Source: Enoplolaimus lenunculus (lineage: Eukaryota). From it: DNA of 64,000 nt. Position numbers and translations under genes: made by a program. A model generated the notes under the pieces. It saw nothing but the letters and a program-made list of their open reading frames with translations. It did no database searches and had not been told where the DNA came from. Every line of letters begins with the position of its first letter. Position 1 is the stretch's first letter. Positions 1 to 13,200 of this stretch are shown here, one piece after another. Location: the NCBI GenBank assembly GCA_030248215.1, contig JASANG010001737.1, positions 558,001 through 622,000 on the forward strand, given 5' to 3'.

Positions 1-1032
1 AGTAATAAATCCAGCTCAGAAATTATGTGTATCTCTAAGAGGTAGCTAAGGTTAGCTTAAACTAAAAATGCGTAAGATATCAAATTTGTCTAAGAGTAAA
101 CCAACCTGTTAGTTCAGTTAATCTAGAAATTTAGTTTAATACTGCTGGATTAGCTTAAGCTTAAATCGAGCTAGTTTAAGGTTTTCGAGCGTAAGATGTG
201 GTAGCTGACGGAAGTAATGTTTTAATAAGTTTACAAAGCATAGCTTAATACCCTTGCAGCAGTTTGTACCCAATGAAGCTATACGCAGAAATTCTCTTCA
301 AGGACATCTATAAACCTGTTTGAAACGCAAAATCTACGCAGGTACCGGGCAACAGGTGTGTAATGGGTTGTTACTTAACACCCCTAGAAAACTATACGGG
401 TGCCGGTGACACCCCTGACAATCAGCAAATCTCTAAAATTTCGGGTTGGAATTTACAATAATTTCCTCCGTTTCTAAGTTAGCTACTGCGGCCCTATTTT
501 ATAGTTCAGAAAATAATCGGTTCCACGTCGTTGAATGTATGGAAACGTGACGTATCGAATGCTGCCCACCGGATCTACCGGAAACTAAACGTTTAGACCG
601 AATGTTCTTGCTAAAATTGTGTCCAGCTCTTGTTCCGATCATTTATTTAAGTTATTTTGCAGCTTGCTGAAACTGTTTTTGAAGGTCATCAAAAATCTTA
701 AAAAATCACTATTCTAATCCACTGCCCATGTTTAGGGTTTAATCCTAATTTCTCGGGGGGGGGGGTGCTATATAAGGGGACGGATGAAAAAGATATATCC
801 TGTCTCGAAATTTCTAGATTCATCAGAAAATGGACATTCAGAATGTTTTAAGCAACTTTCTGGATAAATCGCTATCAAACCAGACATCTCTCGTTGGTTT
901 AGCTTGTTCGCCAAAAAGCTTACGTTATCTTCTACGATGCCGAAATGCTGGCTACTCCCATGGACCTTGAAAAAGGTCGAGACCCGCCTCTGATCAACAA
1001 CTAGGATCACTGCTTATAGGTCCGTGTTTCAG

Positions 1033-1209
1033 GTATATGCCCATATTTGCCGGCGCCCGTAGACGGAACAGTCACACATCAGTCAAATCCTATCTATGAG
1101 GGTAAACGTGAAGTGTTCAGCTGTAACAACGGCTACACCTTAGTCGGAGCGTTATCTTCGCTTTGCTTGTCCACAAGCAATTATGATCAGCCGATACCAG
1201 AATGCAAAA
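1033..1209 (+). CDS. CCP exon 1 (177 nt, phase 1-1)
   Basis: tttcag|GT..AAA A|gtaact; ICPYLPAPVDGTVTHQSNPIYEGKREVFSCNNGYTLVGALSSLCLSTSNYDQPIPECK. Confidence 0.9.
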
Positions 1210-4200
1210 GTAACTAAACAGCCTTTATCGAATATTTAATGTTGTGAAATTATAGCCAATGTTTACTTTTAGGACCGTAACAGTAGATAAAGCATATTTC
1301 TAAACCTAAGCCTAAGCGTTGAAAAAAGTGTATTTCTAAACTTAATACAAAGCCTAACTGGTAATCGTTGAAAAATGTGTGTTCCTAAGCCTAAGCGTAA
1401 GCCAAAGCGTTAAAAAAGATTATCCCAAGCCTAAGACGAAGCAAAATATGTAGTCCAGCATCTAAGCCTCCTCTTTTACAGACCTATCAGGAACCGACAC
1501 GGCCCTAAAAGTAACATGGGCCAAAATTATTATGTATAAAGACCAGAGTGCAAAGTAACGAACGGCCTTTATCGAGAGTTTAATTTTGAAAAATTGTTTC
1601 ATACAGATTCTTTCGACTTATAAGGTGTAAGTTAAGCTTCAATTTGGGAAGATGTTTTCTAGGAAGATTATGAATTGGTAAATTCAAATTTGGCGCTGCT
1701 GCATACAGTTTGTGTTCTGTGAAAATATTGTAAATAAAGTAATGCTAGAAAGTTGCTTAAAATATATATGGAGCATTCCAGTTTAAATTATACAGATTGG
1801 AAGAATTAGTTTTGAAATATGCAATAGACCAATAACCTACTGTTTTACTCAAACCAAATTTTTCGTACGTACCTGCATGCTCAAATATAGGGATAACATG
1901 ACGCATATCTGATCAAAATTTTACCACCACTATTTTCAGACAGTTATTGGCCCATGTAACGATCAGGGGCGGAACGTTTTTCTGTGTGACTAGAATAGAA
2001 TAAGCTTAAGTTTTACTCTAATTGTTTTGCTTTCATTCATTTCTTTCAGTTCGATGCCCTAATTTTCATACGCTATACAGCGCAACGGTTCCAAGTGACG
2101 GAAAAAGCTTCTACGAAGGAATAACGATTACTTATTCGTGTGATGCTGGGTTCACTATGTACGGTAGTCCTACGTCAACGTGTCTACCGGACGGAACCAT
2201 GTCACATCCGCCGCCGATATGTAAAAGTAATTCTATTTCAAATGTGCTTTTTGCGCCAAAACGCACACGTTAAACATCAATTGCTTTATGCAGTAAGAAC
2301 ACGTATTCTCAAATGTGTGTAGCACTTATCACCAGTTAACAATAGGTTGTCAAGCGAAAGTTGAACAAGCTACAAAGGTTAAGCTCAGATTACAAACAGT
2401 ACTGATAATTTGCAAAATAAACGTGCCAAATTTTGAAGCTGTCCATTGGCTGGTTCCATATTTATAAGGCCGTTGGTCAACTGATGATGTTTCAAACCTA
2501 AAGAAGTATGACAAAATATGTATGTTTTAAGGATTATTCACTGCCTCCGCAAGGGTACCCGAACCCGCTCCCCAAGCATTCGAGATTGGACCCCTTTTAA
2601 CACCGCAGCAGCTCCAAAAACGAAAGGCAAATCAGCCGAGCTGCGATACATAACGGCGTAAGGCCTGACAAGCGAATTGATCGAGAAGCAAAATAAATGC
2701 AAATAATCGCACGTCGGGTCAATTTTACCCATGGCTCTCGGAAGCCCGAGACCTTTTTCCCTAGTGATAAGCAAGGCGGTTGAAGCGGAAGTGAGCAGCT
2801 TCTCACACCGTGAAGAAATTAACCGTTTTCGAAATTAGACGTACTGATACTGAATTTTAATTGTAATCAACGTGACTGCTAATATGCAACACTAAAATAA
2901 TCCTCATTAAACTTTTCAAGACTGTGTTCTAATTTGCATATATATGCTGTCTCTTGTTTATATTTGAAACAATCATAACAATAGCTGAAACGCTGCTCAA
3001 AATACGTATGTGGGACATTATAATATTAATTTAGAAAACTGATTTTTTTTCAGAAAATTGCACTGTTACCGATATAAACTATGGTACGGTAACTACGAAC
3101 CCAGTTGGGCTCACAACAATTTCACCTCCTTCAACGGTAACTTATCAATGCGACGCTGGTTATCACTTAGTCGGTACAAGTGCACTGAATTGTCTCCAGG
3201 GCGGTATTTACGATGATGCGATCCCGTCGTGTAAAAGTAAACAATCTTGTATTATACCGTAACTTTGATTCAAATTAAATCTTTTCAGTGGCGCGTGATG
3301 GGTGCAGATTTGCTGGGAAGAACTACGTTTTGGTGCATCCACCCCCCAAATTTACCATCTACTTGCTAAAACTCAACACGCAGTACACACAACATCAGTG
3401 TCGGATATGAATAAATTTGGTTAAAAAAAATTGTGCGCATGAGTCAAAAAACTTGCAAGCCTAACGAGATAGGAACCGAACGCAATTGTAGTGCTAAATC
3501 TTAATAGCTTTGGGAACTTTTTAATATCGCGAGCGAATCGGGCGAAAAAGCTCAAACAGTACTGCATCCACATTTGTGCCATACGGATTAAGGAACATAG
3601 ATTCAAACTGGAGGCCGAATTGCCTAAGAAACCCGGGGATCGAAGCGAGCGATAAGCCAAAGGCAATTTTGCTATTAAGCACAGCGCTTGTATGAAACCA
3701 TTACGATAGAACCTTTGAAGCACAACCGAGACGACACGGTGAATTTTATATTGCAAGCTTTGCACGCGAGAAGCTAACCGCATTAAATTTTTCATCATTG
3801 AACTAAAGTATGACCAAATAACTGGATTGGCACGTTACCAATCGTCTAGAAAAGCGCCAAATCGGTTATTTGATCATAACCATCAAATGAGGTCATGAAA
3901 AGTTCAAATATGCAAAAAGTTTCAAAATCCATTGATTTTTGCGCATATTCAAACCGGTCGATTGAGAATAACAAAAATGACCCAAATTTTGAAATCACTT
4001 GTTTATGACGAATCGACATCAATTCGTCGTATTACAACTGGTCACCCAACCATGTCCTAAAAGCCTAAGAATAAATGTAATAAGCATAAGCCTAGAACGT
4101 AATCGTAGACCTATTCCCGCATTACAAGTTGTCGGGTGACGAAGCATTAAGGGACTAGTTATCGAGCGACGAAATGTTGTAATACCAATTCTGAGACTAT

Positions 4201-7200
4201 ATTTTCGGCTACGAAAACTATCTGTTATTGCAAAACTGTATACTTTTTACAGTAATCTGCCACGATCCGGTGACAGTTCAGTTCAGTTCATTTGTAACCA
4301 GCTCGAATCCTGTGTATGACGGCCAAACCGTGACTTATACTTGCGATGCGCATTATTAGACGTCATACACAGGATTCGAGCTTGTTACAAATGAACCGAA
4401 TTGAATTGTCACCGGATCGTGGCAGATTACTGTACAATGTATAAACAGTTCTGCAATAACAGATAGTTGTTATACTTTATACAGTAATCTGCCACGATCC
4501 GGTGACAATTCAGTTCGGTTCCTTTGTAACCAGCTCGAATCCTGTGTATGACGGCCAAACCGCGACTTATACTTGCGATGCGCATTATTAGACGTCATAC
4601 ACAGGATTCGAGCTTGTTACAAATGAACCGAATTGAATTGTCACCGGATCGTGGCAGATTACTGTACAATGTATAAACAGTTCTGCAATAACAGATAGTT
4701 GTTATACTTTATACAGTAATCTGCCACGTTCCGGTGACAATTCAGTTCGGTTCCTTTGTAACCAGCTCGAATCCTGTGTATGACGGCCAAACCGCGACTT
4801 ATACTTGCGATGCGCATTATTAGACGTCATACACAGGATTCGAGCTTGTTACAAATGAACCGAATTGAATTGTCACCGGATCGTAGCAGATTACTGTACA
4901 ATGTATAAACAGTTCTGCAATAACGATAGTTGTTATACTTTATACAGTAATCTGCCACGTTCCGGTGACAATTCAGTTCGGTTCCTTTGTAACCAGCTCG
5001 AATCCTGTGTATGACGGCCAAACCGCGACTTATACTTGCGATGCGCATTATTAGACGTCATACACAGGATTCGAGCTTGTTACAAATGAACCGAATTGAA
5101 TTGTCACCGGATCGTGGCAGATTACTGTACAATGTATAAACAGTTCTGCAATAACAGATAGTTGTTATACTTTATACAGTAATCTGCCACGATCCGGTGA
5201 CAATTCAGTTCGGTTCCTTTGTAACCAGCTCGAATCCTGTGTATGACGGCCAAACCGCGACTTATACTTGCGATGCGCATTATTAGACGTCATACACAGG
5301 ATTCGAGCTTGTTACAAATGAACCGAATTGAATTGTCACCGGATCGTGGCAGATTACTGTACAATGTATAAACAGTTCTGCAATAACAGATAGTTGTTAT
5401 ACTTTATACAGTAATCTGCCACGATCCGGTGACAATTCAGTTCGGTTCCTTTGTAACCAGCTCGAATCCTGTGTATGACGGCCAAACCGTGACTTATACT
5501 TGCGATCCGCATTATTGGACGTCCACAAACGGAGTGCTCACGTGTCAATCTAATGCACTATACGATATATCGGAACCTGTGTGCAAAAGTAAATGTTTCT
5601 AATGATGATTTTCACATACAACCAATAGTAAAGCTGGAACGCCGAACATACGTATTAAATATCGGACACCATTTGAGCGGTGTGTTCTATTCTTAAGTAC
5701 ACTGGTTGATTTCTGGTTTTAAAATTGCGTGCGTAAATCTGGTTAAAAAAATTAATTGTCTAATTTTTAAAATCCTGGTTCCGTCCGGAAAACAATGTTA
5801 CTTCTGTGTTGATTGGGGGGACAAATATGTTCCAAATTTTGGCCAATGTAAAGAACAGGACAGGAACAGTAGTATAAGCGTATTCCTAAGCCCAAGCCTA
5901 AACCTAAGCCTAAACAAAAAAGTAGTCTAAAGTTTAAGCTAACTCCATTACAGGCCCGCAAGAAAACGATCCGGGCCTGTTCCATACATGGGCCCAAATT
6001 TTGAAGGATAACTGTCCGGTCAAGATTTTCTTGTTTTGTTTTGGTTTGGTTACCTAAATTAGGTTCTGCTATATATTTCAAGTTGCTAACCGCTGCCTTT
6101 CAAGTAACATGGATCATGTTATGCGGCCTTCGAAAATCCAATCACAACAAGCCTAAAGCCTAAAATTTTGTCCTGAAATGTACGGTTCAGATAGTAAATT
6201 GAAAATTTCATTTACCACAAATCAGACGCAAAATAAAGTGGATGATGCATTATCGAGTGATGTATTTTCAGGAAAATGTTACCCGGACACCATAGCATAC
6301 GGAAACCACGTGGACCAAACGAATCCAGTAATTGAATCGACTACTGTGACGTACAGCTGTACTGATTTGACCACTCACGTTCTCATTGGTGACCCTGTAC
6401 AGCTGTGCCTCAACGATGGATCTTTTAATGTTTCGACGCCTTCATGCGAACGTAAAGTTTAAGATTGTGATCTTGCACTGTTTCTGATCAATATATATCA
6501 GGGTTCAACCGGAATTTCTGTTCCGGCCGGAAATCTTACAAAAATTCAATTCCTGTTCTTGATCCTGTTGCTGCATTGAGCGATGCAGGAGCCGGAATTT
6601 TTATGGTTTTGTGGCAAATTATGCGTAATCATATATTGAAAATTTTGTGTTTACAAAATTGTTATTTCGACATGAGTGTTTTTCCAATGCTTCAGCCCTG
6701 TTAATAAATTGTTTCTGATGTGTTTTCGCAAAACTTGATGATTAAAAAGCTCAAAATTAGCGTACGCCAATTTTGGCAGGTTTTCTAAAAACTCCAACAG
6801 TAATTCGGCGATAAAGACAATTTCAAATTCCTGTTCCTGTTCCTGTTTCGGTCCCTGCAAAGAAATTCAATTCCTGTTCCTGTTAGGGCAAAATTTACTA
6901 TATTTGACCACGGTACAAATATATATATTTGTCCCGTGGTTAACTACTTATTTAACACGGGTAAAAACTTTTAAAGAGGGGCAGAAAAAGATTTCAGATT
7001 ACTTATAATCAGGTCGAAAATTGTCTAATATTGTCATAATTTTCCGAGGGTTCTTCTGAGCACTCCTGCGCCCTTTGGCTACGATCCTACTACAGATATA
7101 CCACAACAACCAGATCATGTGAATTATTGAACAAATACCACGTTTATCTCTTGCGATACGTCACGAATGACCTTGCATTATACCCGATTCAAACCAGCAA

Positions 7201-10200
7201 TTCCAGCTAGACTACGGGCTGCTTATGGTGCGATCAACTCAGGCATCGCCTGAATATGCATAGAGGGAAAAATGTGCATTTATAGAAATCTTCAATCTTT
7301 AAACTTAAGCTTGTTTTAAGTCGAACATCCAGTTAATCCAGCGGATGTCATCAGACGTCGACGTAGGTGATGTCTCTGCAACCAAACCAATATCTCGCTT
7401 ACCAGCGAACAAGCACGTAACTCAACGCTTATGTACGTTTGACGTCTGCGTTGTTTTAGAATCTCAATTTCAAACTAACTTCGATCATTAAAAATTGAAC
7501 TTTTAGCAATTTGTCCAGTTCCCATCGCAATTGCCAACGGATCCCGAGTGGTCAGCGGCGAACCTCGTCTTGCCGGAATCACTGTCCGCTATCAATGCGA
7601 CCCAGGGTTCCATCTTGTGGGTCAAGCGATACTGAATTGTCTGTCAACTGGAGCATACGATAGTCCAGCTCCTGTTTGTAAACGTAAGGGTGGCGCGGTA
7701 TTATGCAGGGAGCATATTTCCAAATACGTATGGCATATATCACCAGTAAGCGATAAGTTTTCAAAGTGCCAAAATTCCAAGTGCGGGTTACAAGTTTGGC
7801 GTAAAAATAATACAAATTAAAAATACGAAAACTGTGGCTAACTTCGACGATCACTAATCGTTGGCCCGAAAGCCTATGAACCGTATTACCAGCCGGGTGA
7901 TAGTTGCTATACTCATTTGCCAAAACGAGCCCAGAAATCCTATTTTTGAATGAAGAAAGTTTGGCGGGCACATGTTATTTTATGGGCGTCCAAAACTGGG
8001 TTTGTAAAAGAGTTAGGTTTACATTCTACAGTACATTTTTTGCTTAGGTTTAGGTTTAGGCTTTGGCTTCAGGCCTAAGAACACACTTTTACAAAGTTTA
8101 GGCTTAGGCTTAGGCTAAGCAATATGTTTAAACTGCGGCCCTAAAAGTAACATTGACCACGACGAAAATTTGACGTTTGTAGCTGTTTATAATGATACTG
8201 CATCGTTGACGCAAGTATGACAATGCTTTTTCTTCTCACTTCCACCAAATTTCGGTGCAAATCGTTTACAAAGTTATTAACGCACCCACTAAAAGTCGAG
8301 TCGCACTTGAGCGCTGGTAGGAGCCCCCTAAATAGCACAATACACGACAAGAACAATAATCTTTGCAATTGGCTGACGGTGGTGAAATGAAAAATAATAA
8401 TTGACGAATGAATATGCGCTGATAAAATAAAAAATATTTGTTTCAGGGATTTGTCCGGATCCAGCTCCATTGGCCAATGGCAGCGTTACGGCGTCCACTG
8501 ATCCGTTGTATGACGGTCAAACTTTGAATTACGTCTGTAATTCGACGCATTCATTGGTTGGTTCTGCAGTACTGACATGCAACGCTGACGCTACTTATGA
8601 TAGTATGCCACCTGTGTGCAAACGTAAGTACTTTCAAATTGTTTAAGCCTTTAGGGTGGCGCCATACTGGGTGCGGTGCCGTCGGATACCATCCCATCCG
8701 TCAGCGTCCGTCACCATACGGTATCGTACGTGTCTAGTTTATGTACGATACCGGACGGTGACGTACGGTGCGAACAATGGCGCCGGACGATGACGGATAG
8801 TACCGGATGTAGTCAAAAGTATAACACTACCTTTATCAGAATTTTAAAATAGTTAAATTGCAACTATAAGCCAAAGTACTATTTAATAATAAATTTGAAA
8901 ATAGGAATTATTCGAAATTTAAAGTCACTCAATGGTGTGATAAAGGTAAAATGAAATTTATATTTCAAATTAAATTTCGGATTACTAGTTGTCGGTCGAC
9001 GAGTTGTCGGACGACAAATTCTTATGATCACTAGCGTATCCAGAGGAAGCGGAGTAGTTTTTTTTGTGATAAAAACGGTACGGTTTTTTACCTTACAATT
9101 TTCACCCCCAAAAATTTTTTGGTAAAAAATACAATATATACCCTCAGAATTTTTTTGTGATAAGACCTTACAATTTTTCCCCTTAAAAATTTTTTGGTGT
9201 TAAAATGATAAGGTCCCTGCGTTACAATTTTTCTCCTAAAATTTGTTTGGTGACAAAATGATAAGGTCCCTCATAACTTACAATTTTTGAGTTTCATCAC
9301 ATTTGCCTGCGCGTTACCCCGTCAGAAATTTTCGGGTCCGACTCTGGTCGTGATACGGTTAAGTACACCCCAAGTACAGGGCAGCCTTTTGCTTACTCAT
9401 ATCATCAGCTACTGTACAGATATCGCTGCACCCAGCACCTCTAAATTTTGAGAGAATGTGTGAGCTTTCGGGCTGCACAAGAATTTTGGGATTATATCCG
9501 GGCGGAAGGACTCCGTACAGGATTGTATCGGCATTTGGACGTACCTACACCACTCGTGGGCCACAAATTTTTCGATCATAAGCTAAAAGTTGCCGCGGGT
9601 AGACGGCGATAAAAACTTTTAGACTTATAGCTACTGTTGTGTTTAATATTAAATAATTGAGTCATAAGTTGCCGAGCATGTCTCGACCATCAATCGAATT
9701 AAACCTATCGCAACCATGTCTTCAGTTGAAACCGTTTACAGACTTCGCTGCAGGAAGCTACGCTAAACGTAGCTTATTTGATGAAGTCAAAAAATATACA
9801 AAATGACAACCGCGTTTGTCTTTAGAGACGAGTGTAATCCCGTCACTGGGTGGTAACGCAACGAACCACGACAGCCAGCCAAGTGTTCGAAAATTTATTA
9901 CGTTTTCTATCATTAACCTAAAGCTGAAGCCAAATATTGATCATCTTGACTCCATTTTCAAAAACTTAGCGCAAGAGATTGAGTTTGACCGGTATCAGGA
10001 AATGCGTCCGCCGACAGCTCGTCAATCGACAACTTGTAAACTGAAATTTCATCGAATCCACAAGTAATACATCATTATGTCTACACTTAGACCAAGGATT
10101 ACGCTTTGGATTATGCTTAGATTTATTCATAAACTTTAATAAGACACTGTTGTGCGACACGTTGTCGGGCGACGAATTGTTGTAGATTTGTTTTTAGCGA

Positions 10201-13200
10201 TTTGTCTTTCGCCACCGGCGGTTGGCAATGCAACGAATCAAGTCAGCCAATCAAATGTTCCAGTGATCGAAGATATTTACTACGTATACACTTGTGACAC
10301 CGGATATTATATGATTGGCAACGATACACTCGAATGCTTGATTACCGGATCCTTCGATAAGAAACCTCCGGTTTGCAAAAGTGATTACTTTAAGTATTTG
10401 TTCACAGCTCAAAAAATGGCAAACTTTCAATTAAACCAACAGCCAATCAATGGGCAGTTGGATTTCTAGTTCCGCACTAAAAATGGGTTTCAAGGGGCGG
10501 GCACCAAAGTCTGGACCCTACAGATATGTAGCTCCACACTGACGGATATAAGAGGTGAGCACGCTGGTCTGGCCCCTGCAACACGAATCAAAACCAAAAC
10601 TTGCCATTCGAATTTAGAGCTGGAATTGAGTTTGGCTTTGCGCTTTGTTCGTTCGCGGCGTTTTTTCGCTTATCAGAAATTTATGGATTTGATAATGAGG
10701 TTGCGGCACAAGAATACTGTCTGCGACCATCCGGTTCCGGTTAGCAGCGAGTTTTTTCATCCATCTCCTTAAGAAATTCACCAGGGACTTTGTTCTCTTT
10801 TCTAATGGATTGTTCTCCGCATCCAGCTAAGGACGTCCCAACGGGGAGTATTGAAGCGTCCTTGACCAGCCAAACTCGGCTTGTGCCCCACCCACAAATA
10901 GACTCGGTCTAAAAGTAAATAATCTTGAATTGCAATTGTAGGGCCTCATAAAATTATTCCGTGCCCAACAAATAATATTTTCCGCTGACGCTCCTGCAAC
11001 CAGCATCACCTACTGGCAGATTTTCTTACCAAAAATCTATTACTATAGAATTTTTTCGATGTTCTCAGTGGTAGCAATTTAGTAGTTTCAAAAGTTTAAA
11101 GTTAAACTTTAATATTTAATAAATGATTTATTTTTGAACAAATTAGATTGAGATTGACGCTAGCGAAATGTTATACGAATTCCGCAAAAATTTGGTCAAA
11201 ACTGAGCTAATTAGCGCATCCATATTGTACACAGCGTCATGCGAACAACTCTGGTGACAAAGGTTATGCAAATTTTGTATGATAATGCAACTTCCACAAT
11301 ATCATGCGTACACCAAGTAACTTTGAGGGAGTAGTGTGATGGATACTGAAGAAGTGTTTTTGGCTTCATCATTTTTCAAAAGAATTTGCATTAATTCGAA
11401 AGTATATATAAACTTTCAGAACTATGCTCTGATCCAGCGCCTCCGAACAACGGTAGCATTGTGTTATCATCGACTCCTATATTTGACGGTCAAACGGCGA
11501 GCTACAAATGCGACCAGAACTATTCGATGGTAGGAAATGCTGTGTTGACGTGTACAGACAGTGGTCAGTATGATTACCAGCCTCCCGTGTGTAAACGTAA
11601 GTAAAATAACCAGTGTCACAACCAGAAATTGTTAATACACATTCCACAAGACAATTTTTTGGACAAGAAATTCTATTTCGAACACAGAATTTATTTATGT
11701 TGTCGAAATATCTTCTTGTGACGTCATTACCAATTTGTGGTGCACTGAAAGTACGCTTACACACAGGAGGCAGCTGGTGCAGACAGTGGTCAGTATGATT
11801 ACCAGCCTCCTGTGTGTAAACGTAAGTAAAATAACCAGTGTCACAACCAGAAATTGTTAATACACATCACAAGACGATATTTCGACGGACAAGAAATTTT
11901 ATTTCGAACACAGAATTTATTTATGTTGTCGAAATATCTTCTTGTGACGTCTATTACCAATTTGTGGTGGCGAGACTGATTATAGTCACGCTTACACACA
12001 GGAGGCAGCTGGTGCAGACAGTGGTCAGTATGATTACCAGCCTCCTGTGTGTAAACGTAAGTAACCAGCTTCGCAACCAGAAACTGTTTAGACATCAAAA
12101 GAAGACATTTCGACGAACAAGAAAAATTTTGTCTAAAATAAAATTGATGTTATGCTGTCGAACTATTTTCGAATTTACGTAGGCTAAGAAGTCCGTTGGT
12201 CAGCTAACCTGTTCGTACATGTGGAAGTGTTTATAGGGTTTGTAGACACTACAGCAACATGTGCCCCCGCTGACGTTCTGAACTTGAACAAAACGGCTGG
12301 TGGCAGCCTGCCCCCCTCGCCGACCTCCTGAAGTTTAGCCAATCGGCTACACACAAAAAAGAATTTGTGAATTTATTCCGAAAAGTATTTGCTGTGGCAA
12401 ATCTGAAATTTTTTTATGATATTTTAAAGACAATTTTTCTAAAAATAACTGGAAAACGTTTATTTTCTAAATTTATTTCAAAGCTTTTTTGAAAACTTTT
12501 CTGTTATAAAACAGAAATACTTTTCACGTGCACCTTGCTAATTATAATTCTTAAATGTAAGAAATTTTTTGTTAAATATCAGAAATACTATTTTGAGTGT
12601 CCTGGCTGTGTATCGTTTCATTTTGTAACCACAAATATTAAGCGAAGTTAACAAATTTTTTTAAATTTGAGCAGTTGATTTCGTTCAAGATGTCAAACTT
12701 GTAGTGAATTTTAGCAATTTGCCCGCAACCACCAGCTTTAAACAACTCGAGCAAACAAGTCAACAAGCCAGGAGCACCAGTGATCGAAGGAGTTAATTTT
12801 GTTTACGTTTGTGACGAAAGATATCATATGCTTGGCAACGCCACTCTCGAGTGTGTAATCACTGGACAGTACGATAAACCGCCGCCAACTTGTGAAAGTT
12901 AGTACCCAAACACAGGGACGTTGATTAAGCCTATGTGGGGGCTTAAATGGGTTTTAATCCAAATCGTTGCTACGCATAAGGCATCAAAACCAAAAATCTT
13001 TTCGGTCTCGAATCAGAAAACAAATTTGAATTTTTGTGACAAAAATTTTGGCAAAGTTCGAACCATCAGACAATGTATGCTTAAAGAAACACTGACTTAA
13101 GTTAAAGTAACAAGCGTTTACTTAAAATGAGAATTTGGGTGAAAGTTAAATTGAAATCTTGGTTGGGATACTTTGCTCCAGTCAGCGTTTCAGTTACGTC

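Noticed and set aside
3421..3798. 125-aa minus-strand ORF (likewise 7579-7971, 48993-49328, 56792-57151)
   Set aside because: No recognisable domain or splice-consistent partners; lengths expected by chance or antisense to real exons.
4827..5548. Minus-strand ORFs MRIASIS..
   Set aside because: By-products of the inverted exon-4 array with no independent coding signal.
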